Origin: a virus
Strand: one strand, 5' to 3'
Length of the DNA: 64,000 nt
Virus genome (UHGV): UHGV-0214148
In this document: positions 1 through 10,366 of the stretch, in pieces
Layout of the letters: each line of letters opens with the position of its first letter
Numbering within the stretch: the stretch's first letter is position 1
Made by a program: the position numbers and the translations under genes
Notes under the pieces: generated by a model
What the model saw: only the letters and a program-made list of their open reading frames with translations
Told to the model about the DNA's origin: nothing
Databases searched by the model: none

Positions 1-711
1 GTCTAACCCTGAACAGAGTGCCAGTTCAGAGATAATTGAACTACGCGGGCTACCACGCATAATGCTCGTTACGTTCATATATTCCTGAACATCAAAGTCT
101 GTCCACGGAATAACCAGGTCAGCACCCGATTCGACATAACGACCATCTGGAATTGCAACGGTACCATCGTCGTCGTAATCGTAGTCCGGCAATACCTTCG
201 GTACGGGGTTTAATTCCGTGTCTGTGTACACAAAGTCTTCGACGGTCTCAACACCGTTCTCACGCCTGATATCGTAATCGGTGGTTTTTACAGCGCGCAT
301 GTCGATGCGTTTTAAATAATACGCCCAGTATTCGCGTTTGTTAAACGTTTCCAAAGTACGAAAAGCGTAGTTCTTACGTTGTTCGTCAGACAGATCATTG
401 TCTTTTGTACGCAGGACAAACGGAACGCGGGAAAACATCCCGGAAGCAATAGGTTCTTTACCTACAGGCACAACGTCAGCCACCACATCAGAGGTGTCGA
501 CCATATGGCCACGGTTGCCAATTGCCATGTACTGCAAATGAGGACGCGCTTTACCGTCCGGCACTGGTGTTTGCATGAGTTTATAGAACTCATTCAGTGT
601 GGATTTTTGCGGGTATTGCACGTCAGCACCGGTAATTAATGCGGTAGCCAAACGCATCGCATTAAGCGTTACCGTCGAGAGTTTACCGTCGTAAACTTTG
701 ACATTAGACAT
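1..711 (-). CDS. hypothetical protein, 3'-truncated by window edge (N-terminal 237 codons present)
   Basis: ATG at 709-711, then open minus-strand frame to position 1 with no stop (hand translation MSNVKVYDGKLSTVTLNAMRLATALITGADVQ...). Start overlaps stop of upstream gene (ATGTCTAA). Absent from ORF track because no stop lies inside window. Confidence 0.6.
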   Translation of the reverse strand, partial: MSNVKVYDGKLSTVTLNAMRLATALITGADVQYPQKSTLNEFYKLMQTPVPDGKARPHLQYMAIGNRGHMVDTSDVVADVVPVGKEPIASGMFSRVPFVLRTKDNDLSDEQRKNYAFRTLETFNKREYWAYYLKRIDMRAVKTTDYDIRRENGVETVEDFVYTDTELNPVPKVLPDYDYDDDGTVAIPDGRYVESGADLVIPWTDFDVQEYMNVTSIMRGSPRSSIISELALCSGLD

Positions 712-1231
712 TGATTAATTCTCCTGGGCGGAACCCATCCAACGCTAATTTCGTCACAAGAGACGCCAATTTGCGTGGGGTGGAATCAGTAAATACGACC
801 GGAATCGTTCCTTTAAAAGACAAATGATTCGGGACGAGACGAACATCATAAGAATCCAGCTCCTCTGAAATCGGCTCAATCATAATGTCGTCAGCACGCA
901 GGTCAATCCCTGTTTGTGCAACGATATAATCAGCCAACTCCTCGCTGGACGTTACTGCGCCTTTCGGTACACTCACCGGTTCATCGGCCAGGAACGTTGC
1001 CAAATCAACGCGAGTTAAAATGAATTCCTGGTTACCGACAACGCCGTTACGGAAGACGGCAGCAACCTTTGATTCTAGTCCGTAACGTTGACGTTCTGCT
1101 AAAGTTAGTGGTTGAACGCCGTTTGCGTTAAACTCGATGTTATCAGCAGTATAGGATAGACTAAATACGTAGTTAATCCGGTCTACTAAAATTTGTTTAG
1201 GTGCTTTCGTTAAATCGACACGATATGCCAT
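704..1231 (-). CDS. hypothetical protein (175 aa)
   Basis: ORF track; ATG at 1229-1231; co-oriented and coupled to downstream partial gene. Confidence 0.7.
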   Translation of the reverse strand: MAYRVDLTKAPKQILVDRINYVFSLSYTADNIEFNANGVQPLTLAERQRYGLESKVAAVFRNGVVGNQEFILTRVDLATFLADEPVSVPKGAVTSSEELADYIVAQTGIDLRADDIMIEPISEELDSYDVRLVPNHLSFKGTIPVVFTDSTPRKLASLVTKLALDGFRPGELINV

Positions 1232-1238
1232 GATTCTC

Positions 1239-3422
1239 TCACTTAGGTAGCTGGTCTAACGTAAACCCTTCGAGATCGTTAATTTTCACCTGTTCGTTTA
1301 ACGCCCAGTCGTCAAGTGAAGACTTGACCTTAACAATCCCGGTGGTCGGTTCATTAATATCCACCACGACTTGCTGATTCACTCTCACACGGATACCCAT
1401 GTAAATGTTCATCCGTAGTTTGATGTGTTGCGGCATGGACAGTTCTTTAATCACCGGCGCTGCGGGAAGCACTTTGTCCGTCGTCATGTATTGGTGTCGC
1501 GTAACTGACTGTACGCCTAAGAGAGGTTCAATAATGGTAACTGTACCCTCCCCACTCATAGGGATATCCCCTAAGATTGGACAAAGCGGGTCCATAACGT
1601 CGTAAGAATCTGACCCCATCCGCGCAGCAAAATGTACGGTATACGACGAAAGCGTGGTCATTAATCGGACCATCGCGCGCTGTATTTCAGATTGCGAAAT
1701 TGTTGCACGCGTTTCAAGGTTTGTTGCGGTGTTCAATGCATCGACTGCAATATCTTGCCACGTCTCTGCAGAGACCAACGTATAGTCTAGCCCAAAGGTC
1801 TTAAAGAACTCGTCGTAGTTACGATACTTTAACTTTAAATCACAGCGATAATCACGATAATGGTAATCGAACAACATTAAGCCCGCAGCACGATCGGGAA
1901 TCTTACGGCGGTTTTGGCTGTAACGCCAACGGCGTCGCTTCTGTAAGATAATTTCATTAACCGTATCGTAAAGTTCGTCGGCACTGAGAATGGTCCCGAC
2001 TACCTCGGTGTGGGTGTCGGTATAGTAGTTAATCAGCGCATCGAAACGATGTTCCCAACTCGGGATAAGATGTTGTTCCATTTCATCGAAGGGCACCCAA
2101 CGTTTAATCAACACATCAAAAACGTTAAATACGGGGATTTCTTCAAGGGCAACATCGGAGTAACCTTTATACGCCGCGTACAGAAACAGTGCCAACAGTT
2201 CTTTCGAACTTAACTTTAATGTATCGCCGTTCGTTGGGTTAAGAATCTCATGGTAGATGCTGTATTTTCCCTTCGCTACCAAATGTACCCATTCATTAAA
2301 GAGGTTATGTGTGTATTCAAAACGCTCAATAGCTTCTGGGTCAACGGCGGTTACTTCTACGAGTTTCGTCGTTAAGTTGGGGTATTGTGTCAGACTCAGT
2401 CGTGTGTCTAAGTCTTCTTGGTACTCTGGTTCGTACGCCGGGTTGTTATACGCTAACCCCACCTCTTTTTGGATTATGTCCGTAGTGGTAACAATATCCA
2501 AATCGCGTCCAGAGTCTTTCTCTGTGTAGTTTAAAGATTGCTGATAACCGATAGGCAACGGTGTTAAGGTTGAATCGTCATCATCTTTCGGCTCGTGAAT
2601 CTGCTGCGCAACATTATACCCAACCGCAGGCATTCCCCAGCCTGTCAGTAGCGCATCGATTTGCCAGTCGAAGATCTCCTCTTTCCCTGAGTTACGTTCC
2701 CAGTATCGAATATTTCGATAAAGAATGAATTTTTGTTTCTGAGTCAGGTACGGCATAAACTCATGCAGTTCCTGGTGCGAAGCTAAAAATTCGGTAACGA
2801 AGAAAGAGTGTGTTTCTGTCGTATGCTGTAAAGAAGAACGAATATAACCAATTATGCCCGGTAGCTGCGGAAACAACATGCAGTAGAAAGCTAACACAAA
2901 CGCATCGTTGTGGACCTTCCAACCCTCAGCCATGTAACGGACGTGGGCTGCACGAATTCTCGCTTCCAGTCGGCTAATCAATGACGTCTCTTGTGATTCT
3001 ACTAACGAACTGTCGTAGTACAAAATAGAACAATCGTCTACACGTAACGCGTAATTTAAATCGATTGGCGTAAAGACGCCGCGAATATAAACCGCGTATT
3101 CGGGATAAGTTGCGATCAACGCCTCGATATACTCGACATTCGAACGAAAAACGTTAGAGGTCTTTTTATGACGGGACAGGTTGGCTGTCGTTAATTCTAT
3201 CTGCTCTTGCGTGTCGAGCGACGTGATGTAAATGGGTTTATCCATTTCGTGACGTTGTCCTGCTAAATGCAGGTAGTATCGCCACGTACTACGGTTATCG
3301 GAAACGAAACCGCCGTTCTCGGTTATTGCCAGATTCATCTGTTGTGCGATTGATTCTGATTTAATAATCAGCGATTTCGCCAACGCGATGTTCTGATCAC
3401 GAAATATGTTAAATCTCTGCAT
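1239..3422 (-). CDS. hypothetical protein (~727 aa)
   Basis: ORF track lists 1239..3434 from a TTG; first ATG (MQRFNIF...) is at 3420-3422. Start is uncertain. Confidence 0.75.
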   Translation of the reverse strand: MQRFNIFRDQNIALAKSLIIKSESIAQQMNLAITENGGFVSDNRSTWRYYLHLAGQRHEMDKPIYITSLDTQEQIELTTANLSRHKKTSNVFRSNVEYIEALIATYPEYAVYIRGVFTPIDLNYALRVDDCSILYYDSSLVESQETSLISRLEARIRAAHVRYMAEGWKVHNDAFVLAFYCMLFPQLPGIIGYIRSSLQHTTETHSFFVTEFLASHQELHEFMPYLTQKQKFILYRNIRYWERNSGKEEIFDWQIDALLTGWGMPAVGYNVAQQIHEPKDDDDSTLTPLPIGYQQSLNYTEKDSGRDLDIVTTTDIIQKEVGLAYNNPAYEPEYQEDLDTRLSLTQYPNLTTKLVEVTAVDPEAIERFEYTHNLFNEWVHLVAKGKYSIYHEILNPTNGDTLKLSSKELLALFLYAAYKGYSDVALEEIPVFNVFDVLIKRWVPFDEMEQHLIPSWEHRFDALINYYTDTHTEVVGTILSADELYDTVNEIILQKRRRWRYSQNRRKIPDRAAGLMLFDYHYRDYRCDLKLKYRNYDEFFKTFGLDYTLVSAETWQDIAVDALNTATNLETRATISQSEIQRAMVRLMTTLSSYTVHFAARMGSDSYDVMDPLCPILGDIPMSGEGTVTIIEPLLGVQSVTRHQYMTTDKVLPAAPVIKELSMPQHIKLRMNIYMGIRVRVNQQVVVDINEPTTGIVKVKSSLDDWALNEQVKINDLEGFTLDQLPK

Positions 3423-3433
3423 CGGAGACCCCA

Positions 3434-6151
3434 ATGGACGATATTAGTAAATTAACGGGCGACCCCGCCGTAGCTGCAATTCTTCGTAAAACTACGGGCC
3501 CAGCACCCCAGCAACAACGCGGTACGCGTAGCGAGGGTGGTTCTACGCCAACACGTCAGGAACTTGCAGGAATTGTAAGTTCGCGTATTCGTACTATCAA
3601 AAATGCGGAACGTATCTTTGATGCGTTACCTGAACTCGAAACGATTGTTACCATTGCAACTTCGAGCTTGCTGTCGACAAAAGACTTAATCAACACCACG
3701 TTGATTTACGACAACATCGCAGACATTCCAATTGACTTACGTAATGACCTACTGACACCAACGCGTGATTATCATGATAACGTACGTCAATTACCTAAGA
3801 AATTATATCAGTGGATTTACGACGCGTTAAAAACAAAAGGCGCAAGTCCAGTGATGATAATCTCGGACAACGGTTTTGACCAGTTGTTCGGTTTAGACGC
3901 CAAAGTCGCTACCGAATCCGTACGTCGTTCTCAAGCTGCCTATTTCGAAGAACAGCTCGGTATTCTCGGTCCAATCAACGGGCAAGATGACGGGCAACGG
4001 GTGGGTGTGGAATCTATTCTGAGTCGTGTCCGTGGGCCTGTTAAAGGACCACAATCACTGAAAATCAATTTCAGTAACCATGATAAGATGTTCTCAGATA
4101 AGTTCGAAATGGACATCTCGATCACCGACAACCCACGTATCACGTTACTACCCCATGCTTATCGTCGAATCGCTCATGAGAACGCACGTACTGGTCTCTA
4201 CGGCCAATTAGAGCAAGCCGCATATGAAAAGCCTGCCACACCGACAGGTGCTACGCCGTATGAAGTTAATCAACAGTTTAACGACCGTCAGCGTGACGCG
4301 GCTGAAAAAGGCTTCATTAACTTAGGCGATCTGAACGAAGCGTACAAAGGTACACCAAAAACTCAGACTTATGGCGATATTCCGATTATTTCGATGAATG
4401 AAAACAACCAAATCGAATATTTCGAATGCCTATTGCCTGCTGAGTCTACCGCACCGTTGGTTATCGGCGACGACGTTCGTAACCCTATTGGGTTTCTGAC
4501 CATTATTGACGATATGGGTAACTTCATCAACTCACGTTCTTCACTTTACGGGGACGCGAACTTTATGAACTACCTTAATAACGACGGCATGACGGACAGT
4601 ATTATCAACCGCTCTAATTTGGGTTTGGGTAATACCTCTCGTATAACGCCAGAGATCGCCAACCGTTTAAGTGCCCGTTGTAGCGAGATTGCTGAGAACG
4701 AATTTACCCGTGCGTTAAGCCAGGCATTGGGTGGAGCTGAAATCAGCATGAAAATTACCGAAACTTTCGGTCGTATTCTGCTGGCACGTCACCTCGCAAA
4801 ACGTCACACACAGGTTGTCTATATCCCGGTTAATAACTTGTGCTACTTTGCAACGGACTTTAACGAAGATGGTATTGGGGTGTCTATCACTGAACGTTCC
4901 TTTATCATTTCTACGGTCAGGATGGCGCTGTTGTTCGCAACGATGAACTCTTCAGTGTTGAACTCAGCACGTCACATGCAATACGACATCGAGTTATCGC
5001 CGGACGATATGAACGGTCAGAAAACGGTTGACCAGGTTAAATCAGATATCCTTAACTCCTATAACCGTCGTTTACCGATGTGGGGTGATATCAATGACGC
5101 TTGGTCGATGGGGGCTAATGCCGGGATTGCATTTAACGTGACGGGTAATGAATACTACGCCAGTCATAAAGTGTCCGTTTCGGACACAACGCCTGAGTAT
5201 AAAGTGCCCGATCAACAAATCGATGAAAACTTACTCCGTCGTACTTGTCACATCGCGTGTGTAGACCCGGATCTTGTTTTGACGCCGGAAAACCTGGAAT
5301 TTGCTTCGCAGATTTATTCCAAGTCACTGCTGGTCACTCAGCAAATCGTGAAGAAACAAGAAATTCTGTCTACGCCGTTAACACGCTACGTGACAAACAG
5401 TTTGCAAGCCTCTCCTAAATTACAAGCAGAGTTGGTTCGTATTATTGTTGAATATATTCGCAATCAAAATCCTAATGTAACAGGTGAAGACTTGACCAAA
5501 CAAACGTCGGAGTATCTGGCGAAGTTCATCAACGGTATGAAGGTCACTTTACCACCACCAGACACATCAGCTTCTTCTTCACAAGCGGATCTGTTTGATA
5601 AACGCTATGAGTTCATTGAGAAACTGGCGGATCTGGTTGTTACCGACGATATTTCGAATATGCTTCAGAATGAAGGTATCGAAATGCAGCCTGATGATCT
5701 CAAGACGATGATTAAATCGTTCTATACGCGTAACTGGCTGCGTAATCAAGGCATCGAAACCGATCTGTTTGATTTGATCTACGACGAAGATAAACGTGGT
5801 GAAAACGTCAAGATGATTTCTGATGAAATCGCAGCAGCATCGAAGACGCTGATTCAGTTAGCTAAACGCACAACAGGTAAAGTTGAAACCTTAGCAAAAG
5901 CGGCTGATTTGAATCCTGAGGACGCCAATAACTTCGGCGGGGGTAGCGACTTCGGTGGCGGCTCTGAAGACGACGGTGGCTTAGGGGGCGATGAGGACTT
6001 AGGTGGTGACGATATGGGCGGTGATGAAGACTTGGACATGTCTGATGATGAAACGACGGAAACCGATACGACAACGGAAGAAGACGTTTCTGCTGAAGAC
6101 ACAGACGAGACGGATACCGGTACAGACGACAACGCCGATGAAACTCTCTAA
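3434..6151 (+). CDS. hypothetical large protein (905 aa) with acidic Gly/Asp/Glu/Thr-rich C-terminal tail
   Basis: ORF track; GGAGA Shine-Dalgarno 5 nt upstream of ATG 3434; followed by intrinsic terminator at 6157-6221. C-terminal ~70 aa low complexity (GGGSDFGGGSEDDGG...TDETDTGTDDNADETL). Confidence 0.85.
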   Translation: MDDISKLTGDPAVAAILRKTTGPAPQQQRGTRSEGGSTPTRQELAGIVSSRIRTIKNAERIFDALPELETIVTIATSSLLSTKDLINTTLIYDNIADIPIDLRNDLLTPTRDYHDNVRQLPKKLYQWIYDALKTKGASPVMIISDNGFDQLFGLDAKVATESVRRSQAAYFEEQLGILGPINGQDDGQRVGVESILSRVRGPVKGPQSLKINFSNHDKMFSDKFEMDISITDNPRITLLPHAYRRIAHENARTGLYGQLEQAAYEKPATPTGATPYEVNQQFNDRQRDAAEKGFINLGDLNEAYKGTPKTQTYGDIPIISMNENNQIEYFECLLPAESTAPLVIGDDVRNPIGFLTIIDDMGNFINSRSSLYGDANFMNYLNNDGMTDSIINRSNLGLGNTSRITPEIANRLSARCSEIAENEFTRALSQALGGAEISMKITETFGRILLARHLAKRHTQVVYIPVNNLCYFATDFNEDGIGVSITERSFIISTVRMALLFATMNSSVLNSARHMQYDIELSPDDMNGQKTVDQVKSDILNSYNRRLPMWGDINDAWSMGANAGIAFNVTGNEYYASHKVSVSDTTPEYKVPDQQIDENLLRRTCHIACVDPDLVLTPENLEFASQIYSKSLLVTQQIVKKQEILSTPLTRYVTNSLQASPKLQAELVRIIVEYIRNQNPNVTGEDLTKQTSEYLAKFINGMKVTLPPPDTSASSSQADLFDKRYEFIEKLADLVVTDDISNMLQNEGIEMQPDDLKTMIKSFYTRNWLRNQGIETDLFDLIYDEDKRGENVKMISDEIAAASKTLIQLAKRTTGKVETLAKAADLNPEDANNFGGGSDFGGGSEDDGGLGGDEDLGGDDMGGDEDLDMSDDETTETDTTTEEDVSAEDTDETDTGTDDNADETL

Positions 6152-6156
6152 ATAGC

Positions 6157-6221
6157 AAAAAAAAAATAATTCGAGCTTACTCCGACCCTTCTGGGGTCGG
6201 AGTGGCTTTTCTTTTTTTTTT
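6157..6221. terminator. bidirectional intrinsic terminator
   Basis: A-run 6157-6166, stem ctccgaccc (6180-6188) / gggtcggag (6194-6202) with TTCT loop, T-run 6207-6220; sits between converging genes. Confidence 0.75.
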
Positions 6222-6520
6222 CACCACGCTATCTCGTCTTTCTTAATAGCAAGGTCCAGCATCACTCCTATTGCTAAGGGATCGTTATCGTACGCCGTCA
6301 GTTTCGCTAACAGTTCCGACTGACCTGATTTCTTGACGGCTTTCAGTAACTCATTACGTGCATTATAGTAGATAAGCCAGTATCTACCGTGATTGATTTT
6401 GGTGTTTGAATGCTCTAATAAGTAGCGATTAAACTCCATGGTTGCTTTGGTTTCAGGTAACTCAAAACGAAAACGTGGGCTACGTTCGTAGTCTACATTA
6501 ATAACGACATATTTAATCAT
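6221..6520 (-). CDS. hypothetical protein (99 aa)
   Basis: ORF track; ATG 6518-6520 preceded by GAGGGAATGAGGAA; flanked by terminators on both sides. Confidence 0.65.
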   Translation of the reverse strand: MIKYVVINVDYERSPRFRFELPETKATMEFNRYLLEHSNTKINHGRYWLIYYNARNELLKAVKKSGQSELLAKLTAYDNDPLAIGVMLDLAIKKDEIAW

Positions 6521-6561
6521 TTCCTCATTCCCTCACTATAGTGGGCGGCTATAATAAATTG

Positions 6562-6597
6562 GGGAATAAAAATAAAGGAGGAGAGCCGAAGCTCTCC
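6562..6597 (-). terminator. intrinsic terminator (minus strand)
   Basis: Stem ggagagc (6580-6586) / gctctcc (6591-6597), 4-nt loop; on minus strand followed by TCCTTTATTTTTATT. Confidence 0.6.
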
Positions 6598-6607
6598 TGT
6601 GGGGCGA

Positions 6608-6856
6608 TTAGACAATAGCGGCAATACGTTCTTCTAACAACAACTTCTCTGCGGCCATTACCTCCAGTTCCGCAGTGATCAGTTTCACTTGGCGATCGTC
6701 AATGAAAATTGGGCGTTTTTCAATGAACTGTTCGCGTTCGTGCATCCGAACTTGGAGTTGGTATAACTCCAGATTAAGCTGTTGCTTTAAACGAGCGGCG
6801 GTATCAATCTCCTTTAACTCAATTTTTGTATTACTGTAATCAACATAGGCTGCCAT
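6608..6856 (-). CDS. hypothetical small coiled-coil-like protein (82 aa)
   Basis: ORF track; ATG 6854-6856; heptad-like charged/Leu-rich sequence. Confidence 0.6.
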   Translation of the reverse strand: MAAYVDYSNTKIELKEIDTAARLKQQLNLELYQLQVRMHEREQFIEKRPIFIDDRQVKLITAELEVMAAEKLLLEERIAAIV

Positions 6857-6900
6857 GATACTGTCCTGTGGTGTCTATAGATTAGGGGGCACGAAGCCCC

Positions 6901-8541
6901 TTAGTAACGCACCGGTGCGGTAATTTCACCATTGCTAAGCAGTGTATAGGATGCCGACGGGGTAGCCAGCTTCACAATAGCTTCAGGTGCGCGTTGGTTA
7001 ATTGCTTCATAGATACCGACAATAGGTTCAAACGCATTACCGAAGGAGGAAATCTCTACGATATTGCGACCTTTTGCAGACGGGTAATCCGCAGGCAGCT
7101 GAATGGTGTAAGTTACACGGCAAATTTCAATAGCACGATCGTTAGATTTCAGACGGAAGTGCAGCTTACGAACAGAACGTGCAACCAGCAAGCACAGTTC
7201 GCGGAAGAAATCCGCAGCCGTGGTTACGCCATTTTCACCGATAGTGCGCGGGAACAGCGTGTCACGGAAGTATTCGAGATCGCTTAAGTTACAATCGAAT
7301 TGTACAAATTTCGTACCTGGAATTCCTTTACCGTAGTTTGTCGCAACAGCAATCGCGTTATGAACCAAAACAGTGAGCGTTGCGTTAAACTGCTGACAGA
7401 ACTCCACACAGCTTTGTTTCAGTGTATCCGGCTCCTCTGCCTGAGTATTGAAATATTGCAGTAGGCGCTCAGACATTTTACGGATGCGGAACACCTCATC
7501 GATCGTACGCTTCAGCATTTCTTCAGGATCGTCAATATCGCGAATATCTTCGATACCATCGATTGCCTGGCGGGTGGCAGTATAAAATTCTTGAAGGTAA
7601 GTTTTGCTCGAATCCGTACTCACCATCGGGAACAATTTATACTCGCTTTCGGTTTTCACCATCACATCCGCTTCATCATAAACGCAATAATCGACGTCTT
7701 CATTATCGATGATTTCGTCAACCTTTTCTGACCAATTGTGATGGCTAGAATACGGTGAATTTTTGATGCGTTCATTGAGTTCTTTCGGCGTAAGAATATT
7801 TTTCTTAATCTGTTCTCTAAGTTCGTGATCTAAATAGTCTTCCACAATTTCCACCCGGAAATGATCGATGATAGGTTTATTGTAACGTTCGACAAGTTCT
7901 TCGATAGTTTTCTCGTCGAGCTCACGCGGCTTGTTAGCTTCCACCATAGACTGCGAAACAGTCGGTTTAGGCTGTGCCTGTTGCACGGGTTGCTGTGCAG
8001 GCTGGCCGAAGTTACCTTGCGGTTGCGCTGTTTGCTTCTGTGCCGCTGTGCGCGGATCGTAAGTTGACATTGGGATAGAACCCCCTTGTACCGCTGGTGC
8101 TGGTTGTGGACTACCATAGCCGCTGCCTGGGAAGCTAGACGCTGGCATCGCTAAGCTCGGAGACCCACCCATTGCTGGGCCACCAAAAGTGCTCGATTGC
8201 GCCATAAGCTGTTTAGCTTGTACCGCATACTGATTTGCCGTACGGAATTCCTGTTCCAGCTGGCTGTGAATACGCGGGTCCAGTGGCTGCATACCACGCC
8301 CCAGTAAGTCACTATACAGCGTCGATTTAAAAGTTGCCAGAATCGCCGATGCAGTTTCGTTATCTGGACGACGGTTGTATACAAACCACGTGGCGACGGT
8401 AACGGCATTATCCATGTATTTGTCGTCATTCAATCCAGCAGCACGTGCTTGATTACAAAGATACGATAAAAGTTCATCACGACCACTGGAGATCGTGCTA
8501 TAGATGTGGTTACGAATTACGTCTTTATTGACAGTTGCCAT
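6901..8541 (-). CDS. hypothetical protein (546 aa) with internal Gln/Pro/Gly-rich linker
   Basis: ORF track; AGGAG Shine-Dalgarno upstream of ATG 8541; low-complexity segment GGPAMGGSPSL...QPAQQPVQQAQPKP. Confidence 0.85.
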   Translation of the reverse strand: MATVNKDVIRNHIYSTISSGRDELLSYLCNQARAAGLNDDKYMDNAVTVATWFVYNRRPDNETASAILATFKSTLYSDLLGRGMQPLDPRIHSQLEQEFRTANQYAVQAKQLMAQSSTFGGPAMGGSPSLAMPASSFPGSGYGSPQPAPAVQGGSIPMSTYDPRTAAQKQTAQPQGNFGQPAQQPVQQAQPKPTVSQSMVEANKPRELDEKTIEELVERYNKPIIDHFRVEIVEDYLDHELREQIKKNILTPKELNERIKNSPYSSHHNWSEKVDEIIDNEDVDYCVYDEADVMVKTESEYKLFPMVSTDSSKTYLQEFYTATRQAIDGIEDIRDIDDPEEMLKRTIDEVFRIRKMSERLLQYFNTQAEEPDTLKQSCVEFCQQFNATLTVLVHNAIAVATNYGKGIPGTKFVQFDCNLSDLEYFRDTLFPRTIGENGVTTAADFFRELCLLVARSVRKLHFRLKSNDRAIEICRVTYTIQLPADYPSAKGRNIVEISSFGNAFEPIVGIYEAINQRAPEAIVKLATPSASYTLLSNGEITAPVRY

Positions 8542-8580
8542 TATTATACTCCTGTTACGTCTTTTCTATAATTTAATTCG

Positions 8581-10356
8581 TTAACGGCCAATCTTCGCAA
8601 TGTCTTCTTCGGTTGCTTGGATCAACTCGTTGAGTTTTGGATTACGTACCATCACCAGTTGGGTGTTCGTCTTCATATACGGATTGAGAATACCCGATTT
8701 AAACGGTGATGATTTCGGAATGTAATACACGTTACCACATTCCAGATGAGATGCAGAGGCATGTTTTGTCCGGTCATTAAGGTTAACCGTCTTACCGCCC
8801 TTGCTGTTACGTTTGGATTCTGTTTCTGTCTGGCTGATAGCATGGGTTGAAACCCCCAGCACCATAGACTCGGTAGAAGCGTTGAAATAACTTACACCGC
8901 CATTGCCGGTAATGTTGCGTAATACCAGGCTAGTTACAATGTCTTTATTCAACGCGCTGCGTATCATGTTCGCACAAGACTCCGGTGTTCGATTTTCCGT
9001 TTGTCCCAAGTGGAAACGAATCGCTGCGATGGTAGGCGTAAAGCCACGCTCACCCAATAACAGGTAATCTGTTACGGTCAGACGTTTTCCATACATTGAC
9101 GGAATATCACCTTGTTTCGTAAGGCGCGTTCTCACCATCAACTTCGTCGCGTACCAGAAGAAATCAAACATATCCATATCGTCCGGGATATCGGGATCTG
9201 ACATCATTAACTCACCACGGAATGTTGAGTTAACGTAGCGTTCGCACTCCGTATAGTGTTTCGTCATGCTGTGTGCCAGTTCAATATCGGACGGTTTAAG
9301 TCCAACAATACTTCTCCCCAAAATCTCCCGCCAAATTGCGGAGGAATTCAGGTTTACAACATCGTCCTCCATTGCAAGTTCGTTAATCGCGGTAAACAAC
9401 GGCGGTAAAGGAACAACGTTGCCGTTTTTAATCGCTTGCTTTCCGCAATAATAGTGCGCTGCTTTAAAGAATGCAGAAATCGCCACGAGTAATAAGTGCT
9501 CGTTTTGATCCCATCCCGCTTTATCGAGATTTGGTAAAGCCTCTGCAGGAACCGTCACTACGTACATAATCGACCGATTATGTTTAGGCTCACCTGAACT
9601 GATTACTACTTTTTTATCGAGATCGATTTCAGGTACTTTGAATGCAGGATATATCTCCACATCCACGCCAGTATAACGTTTGATGGCTTCCTTAAATCCA
9701 TAACGCCCGAATAGCCAGTACATTAACGGCTTTTCGTCCGTGTCAGGATGTGTGGCGTTTTTGGCTTTAAACAAATTGTTTGTTCCGGGCAAGAACAACT
9801 CTTCTTTCTTCCCATTCACTAAAATCCGTACCGGGTGCTTACAGAATTTTAATGACGCTTTACGTTTAAAGTCAAAATTAACAAACACCCCGCCGTGCTC
9901 ACGACAGATACCCGGCTGATGAATAACAGGTGCAACATGATACGTTGTTCCGTAATAGTTCATCAACCCACCACGACGAATGAAAGGCAAGTTAATCGGT
10001 CTTGAGATTGGTCTTGAGTCTCCAGGAATACGGAACGACGACATGACCATATACGCATCGGTATTAGCGATTGACATCACACCACGACGCTTATCCATCC
10101 TGCTGCTCTCTGAACGAGACAGCTTATAGATAAAAGTTTCGAACGGCGACATTAAACGAACACCCAACACGGCCAAGCCTTCAGGAACACGAGGGTTCTC
10201 TACAGGATGGTAATCTAGCTCACGTTTCAAGATACGATGTACACGATCGTGAATACCATCTTTGGCTTGTGTATAACCGACTCCTTCCGCAATCGCACGG
10301 TTAAAGGGTACTATTTTACCACTCTCTTTAAGCTTTTTGATTGCATCTTTAAACAC
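8581..10356 (-). CDS. hypothetical protein (591 aa)
   Basis: ORF track; co-oriented block. Confidence 0.85.
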   Translation of the reverse strand: MFKDAIKKLKESGKIVPFNRAIAEGVGYTQAKDGIHDRVHRILKRELDYHPVENPRVPEGLAVLGVRLMSPFETFIYKLSRSESSRMDKRRGVMSIANTDAYMVMSSFRIPGDSRPISRPINLPFIRRGGLMNYYGTTYHVAPVIHQPGICREHGGVFVNFDFKRKASLKFCKHPVRILVNGKKEELFLPGTNNLFKAKNATHPDTDEKPLMYWLFGRYGFKEAIKRYTGVDVEIYPAFKVPEIDLDKKVVISSGEPKHNRSIMYVVTVPAEALPNLDKAGWDQNEHLLLVAISAFFKAAHYYCGKQAIKNGNVVPLPPLFTAINELAMEDDVVNLNSSAIWREILGRSIVGLKPSDIELAHSMTKHYTECERYVNSTFRGELMMSDPDIPDDMDMFDFFWYATKLMVRTRLTKQGDIPSMYGKRLTVTDYLLLGERGFTPTIAAIRFHLGQTENRTPESCANMIRSALNKDIVTSLVLRNITGNGGVSYFNASTESMVLGVSTHAISQTETESKRNSKGGKTVNLNDRTKHASASHLECGNVYYIPKSSPFKSGILNPYMKTNTQLVMVRNPKLNELIQATEEDIAKIGR

Positions 10357-10366
10357 GCCATGCTCC

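Noticed and set aside
6521-6560. T7-promoter-like CACTATAG string upstream of the 99-aa gene
   Set aside because: Only 8 nt match the T7 consensus; the upstream TAATACGACT part is absent and no single-subunit polymerase gene is seen in this window.
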